From Alkalilimnicola ehrlichii MLHE-1 (GTDB taxonomy: Bacteria > Pseudomonadota > Gammaproteobacteria > Nitrococcales > Halorhodospiraceae), in assembly GCF_000014785.1 (NCBI RefSeq), contig NC_008340.1:270001-302000 (forward strand): a stretch of DNA of 32,000 nt, written 5' to 3'. This document shows positions 29,109 through 32,000 of the stretch, one piece after another (positions within the stretch are counted from its first letter, which is position 1; the number at the start of each line of letters is the position of its first letter). The position numbers were made by a program, and so were the translations under genes. The notes under the pieces were generated by a model that was not told where the DNA came from, did not search any database, and worked only from the letters and a program-made list of their open reading frames with translations.

Positions 29109-30740
29109 CTAGTCCACCGGAGGAAGGTGTCTGGAAAGATTGTGAACAGCCCTGTCGTACCGCATGCGATCTTCCCGGCCCGCCCCGGTAGGCGATGGAA
29201 TCGGCATAAACCCATCCAGTCTTTGTCGATTCTCGGCATAGGCTTTGGCCCTGGATTCGTCGGTAGGCTGTCCGTCTCGGGCCATGCGCACCACGGCCTT
29301 TTCAAACAACTTCTGCGCCGGGTTCGGGTGCTCTGCGGAGAACTCGCGCCGGGGCCCGTAGACGCCGGCCAGGACGCCGGAGACAATCCATTGCAGGCAG
29401 TTGAGGATCGCCCGCTGGTGGAATCCTCGTGCTTGCTCCACGTTGTATTGGTTCTCCTCCACCTCGAACGCCTGCGGCTGACTGGTCAGGGTATAAAGCA
29501 GCGGCCCGAGGGCCTCGGGCGGCAGTTGGCGCACCCAGGCGCGCAGTTGCTGGACGCGCTTGTGGTGTTCCCGACTGGCCTCCGGGTCATACCGGAGGTT
29601 GGGCGGTTCCTCGGCGGCGAGTTCGTAGGCGATCCGGCTGGCCATGTCCCGCTCCCGGGTGAACCATTCGATCAGCTGGCGCAGGCGGTGGGTGCCGCGC
29701 AGCAGGAGCAGGGCGGGTTCGACCAGGGTGATGGCGGCGAGGTAGGCCAGGCGGCTCATCTCCTCGAAGGCGTCTTCGTCGATCCAGTCGACGCGCTCGT
29801 AGCCGACCTCCACCAGCGCCTGGTGCATCATGGCGAGCCAGAGGTCGAGGTGGCGGGTGTCGAGGGCCAGGCGCACGCTGCCCCCGCCGCCGACGCCGAG
29901 CACCAGGCGCAGGGAGGCGTGCAGCACGAAGCGGCCGTTGTGCAGGCCGAGCCGGAAGGCGGCCTCGCCGCCGACCCCGACGCGTACTTCGGGGTTGATC
30001 TCGGCACGGGTCAGGGTTTTCCACTGGCGGGCCTCGTCCCGGGCGTAGCCCGCGCGGTCGATCTCGGCCATGGCCTGGTAGCGCGGCAGGCGCGCGAGCA
30101 GGTTCGCCGGCGGCTGCCAGAGCAGACGGCAGTGGTTGTGGCCGGCCAGTCCGGTGCCGGCGAAGGCCTCCAGTCGGGCATCGACGCCGTCGCGCTCCAC
30201 GGGGGCGAGGCCGTTGACGGCGAGACGCCCCCCGGCGGTGTCGAGCCCGACGCCGCCGCCCAGCGCCACGGAGACGGCGGCATGGCCGTGGAGCACGGGC
30301 TCGATGTGCAGGCAGTAGCGGCCGATGGAGCGGGCATCGGGGTGATCGGCATCAAGCCCGAAGGGGACGATGACCGGCTCCGCCTTGGAGGGGTCGGGCA
30401 GCTGGATGGGCGCGAGGGCGATCTCGCCACGACCGAAATCGAAGGCGTGCTGGCCGCGCAATCGCAACACGACCGGCAAGCCGTGCTGCCCGCGGGCCAC
30501 GGTGGCGGTGATGCCCAGCTCGTCGAAGGCAAGGCTGGGGGCCACGCTGACCGTCCGGCCGCCGGCGTTGCCCCCGGTGTCGATGCCGGCGGTGTCCTGG
30601 TAGCGGGCGGTCAGGCCGATGCGGGCGCCGGTTCCGGGGGCCTCGGTCTCCGGCTCGCTCTGCTCCTCCGACTCGGGCCGGCGGCAGCCCCGCCAGGAGC
30701 GCCAACCAGTCAGGGTGGTGACCTGCCAAAACAGGAGCAT
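29109..30740 (-). CDS. large effector-like protein fragment; candidate C-terminal portion of a type VI-type effector, possibly 5'-truncated
   Basis: 543-aa ORF; C-terminal segment KAVVRMARDGQPTDESRAKAYAENRQRLD recurs in the gene entering from the right edge. Family identity is uncertain without a search. Confidence 0.5.
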   Translation of the reverse strand: MLLFWQVTTLTGWRSWRGCRRPESEEQSEPETEAPGTGARIGLTARYQDTAGIDTGGNAGGRTVSVAPSLAFDELGITATVARGQHGLPVVLRLRGQHAFDFGRGEIALAPIQLPDPSKAEPVIVPFGLDADHPDARSIGRYCLHIEPVLHGHAAVSVALGGGVGLDTAGGRLAVNGLAPVERDGVDARLEAFAGTGLAGHNHCRLLWQPPANLLARLPRYQAMAEIDRAGYARDEARQWKTLTRAEINPEVRVGVGGEAAFRLGLHNGRFVLHASLRLVLGVGGGGSVRLALDTRHLDLWLAMMHQALVEVGYERVDWIDEDAFEEMSRLAYLAAITLVEPALLLLRGTHRLRQLIEWFTRERDMASRIAYELAAEEPPNLRYDPEASREHHKRVQQLRAWVRQLPPEALGPLLYTLTSQPQAFEVEENQYNVEQARGFHQRAILNCLQWIVSGVLAGVYGPRREFSAEHPNPAQKLFEKAVVRMARDGQPTDESRAKAYAENRQRLDGFMPIPSPTGAGREDRMRYDRAVHNLSRHLPPVD

Positions 30741-30744
30741 TTCG

Positions 30745-31758
30745 CTACAGGCCGTACTTGGGCGGGAAGTAGGACAGTGGGGGCTCGCGGTTCAGCCAGT
30801 CCTCGGCGAGTTCTTCGGCTTCGGCGATTTCTTCGTCGGATAGGCGCTCCCCGTATCGCTCCAGAAGGCTCTCGGCCGTGCTAGCTCGTGTTTCTTCATA
30901 CAGCGCGTGCAATATGGCCCACCCTTTGACGGGATCGGGTTCGTCCGGGTAGCAGTAATCAATCAACTCCCCTGGGGCGAGGTGACAAAATCCGTAGGTA
31001 ATGCGCTTCCGAATATGCCCACGCTCCGAACCTTCAACGACCCAGTTCCACGCCGCTTCCATTTTTTCTTGCCGAATTAGATTCCCCACGAGGTTGTATA
31101 TGGCCGGGGCATAGCCCTGCTCGGCGGCCTTGCGGAACCAGGGCTCGGCGGCTTCGACGTCTTTCAGCTGCGGGGGCCATTCGCCGGAGCGTTCCTGGGT
31201 GATAGTTCCCAGCCAATCTTGGGCCTCCGGGTTTCCGGCCTCGGCGGCACGTTCCAGCCAGTCTAGGGCCGTGCGGGGTTCCCCGAGCATGTTGTAGACA
31301 TCAAATAGGGTCGACATGGCGATCGGGTCACCATGTTCGGCCTTGGGTAGTTCCTGCTCGAGAGCCTTGTCCACCCACGCTTCATATTTCTCGGGGCAAA
31401 TGTCAGCCAACTTGCAGATCATGCCGTGTTCGAGCCGGAGCATGGCATGGGGATCCCCGCCCTGCGCCGCGCGGTGGTACCAGTCGATGGCCTCGCGGGA
31501 CATGCCGCGATCCAGTAGCCGGTTCGCCTCGCCCAGGTAGTAGATGGCCTCGACATCACCGGCCCCGGCCGCTTCTTCCAGCGGCGGCTGCATGTCGATC
31601 CATTCATGCAGGCCCCACAGGCGCATTCCTTCTTCTTTAGCCTGTTGCTGCTCGGCATTGAGCTTCAGGGATGTTTTGTCTTCTCCATCGTTGGGTTGAG
31701 CCGTGCCGGCCCATAAGCCAACGATGAGGATGAACACTAGAATTTTTTTGCGGGGCAT
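30745..31758 (-). CDS. exported Sel1-repeat (TPR-like) protein, copy A
   Basis: MPRKKILVFILIVGLWAGTAQPND signal peptide; GDVEAIYYLGEANRLLDRGMSREAIDWYHRAAQGGDPHAML; AEPWFRKAAEQGYAPAIYNLVG; ends WLNREPPLSYFPPKYGL, identical to copy B. Confidence 0.87.
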   Translation of the reverse strand: MPRKKILVFILIVGLWAGTAQPNDGEDKTSLKLNAEQQQAKEEGMRLWGLHEWIDMQPPLEEAAGAGDVEAIYYLGEANRLLDRGMSREAIDWYHRAAQGGDPHAMLRLEHGMICKLADICPEKYEAWVDKALEQELPKAEHGDPIAMSTLFDVYNMLGEPRTALDWLERAAEAGNPEAQDWLGTITQERSGEWPPQLKDVEAAEPWFRKAAEQGYAPAIYNLVGNLIRQEKMEAAWNWVVEGSERGHIRKRITYGFCHLAPGELIDYCYPDEPDPVKGWAILHALYEETRASTAESLLERYGERLSDEEIAEAEELAEDWLNREPPLSYFPPKYGL

Positions 31759-31815
31759 TGCCAAGACCTTTGTTAACCCTGAGCAAACTGGCTCTTGTCG
31801 CCGCACGCTTGCCTT

Positions 31816-32000
31816 TCTACTGAATGTGACGGGAAAGCCAGCCGGCATTCTGTCTGTATTTCCATTGACGGTCCTGTTGCTCCAGCTGTCCGCTGCCTGC
31901 TGACATGAAATTGTCCAGCCGCCCTCGGTTCTCGGCATACGCATCGGCCCTCGATTCGTCGGTAGGCTGTCCGTCTCGGGCCATGCGCACCACGGCCTTT
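31816..32000 (-). CDS. partial C-terminus of a second effector-like gene, runs off the right edge
   Basis: Minus translation KAVVRMARDGQPTDESRADAYAENRGRLDNFMSAGSGQLEQQDRQWKYRQNAGWLSRHIQ*, homologous to the C-terminal segment of the 29109..30740 ORF. Confidence 0.65.

Noticed and set aside
29097-30884. 595-aa plus-strand ORF opposite the effector-like gene
   Set aside because: Longer than the minus ORF, but the low-complexity G/A/Q/R content looks like a shadow. The minus frame is supported by homology to the second copy at the right edge.

Overview
This is a 32 kb, high-GC window that looks gammaproteobacterial. Most genes are on the minus strand and many are housekeeping: a tol-pal locus (tolQ, tolR, tolA, tolB, pal, cpoB) next to tRNA-Lys, maeB, trxB, pyrE, ppc and icd. 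There is also a plus-strand type IV pilus region with two major-type pilins and the minor pilins fimT, pilV, pilW and pilX, followed by a minus-strand pilR-like regulator. The strongest candidate for an undescribed system is at the left end (minus strand, ~1-3839). It contains an 829-aa protein that reads as a tubulin-tyrosine-ligase-like (TTL) ATP-grasp domain, then a PqqD-like domain, then a degenerate HprK-like domain. Downstream are a DoxX-family membrane protein and a ~103-aa small protein with a hydrophobic segment and a Glu/Gly/Ala repeat tail ending in a C-terminal tyrosine. That tail resembles the acidic C-terminal tail that eukaryotic TTL enzymes modify. A second accessory region at the right end is a tandem arrangement of effector-like genes and Sel1-repeat genes. 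Other notable points are an isocitrate dehydrogenase fused to a C-terminal CBS-domain pair, sigma-54-like promoters before both pilins, a pilR gene relic, an orphan MNT-type nucleotidyltransferase beside a truncated REP-associated transposase, a probably frameshifted hypothetical gene, and several arrays of a dispersed palindromic repeat. All family calls are from reading the sequence by eye; no database search was run.
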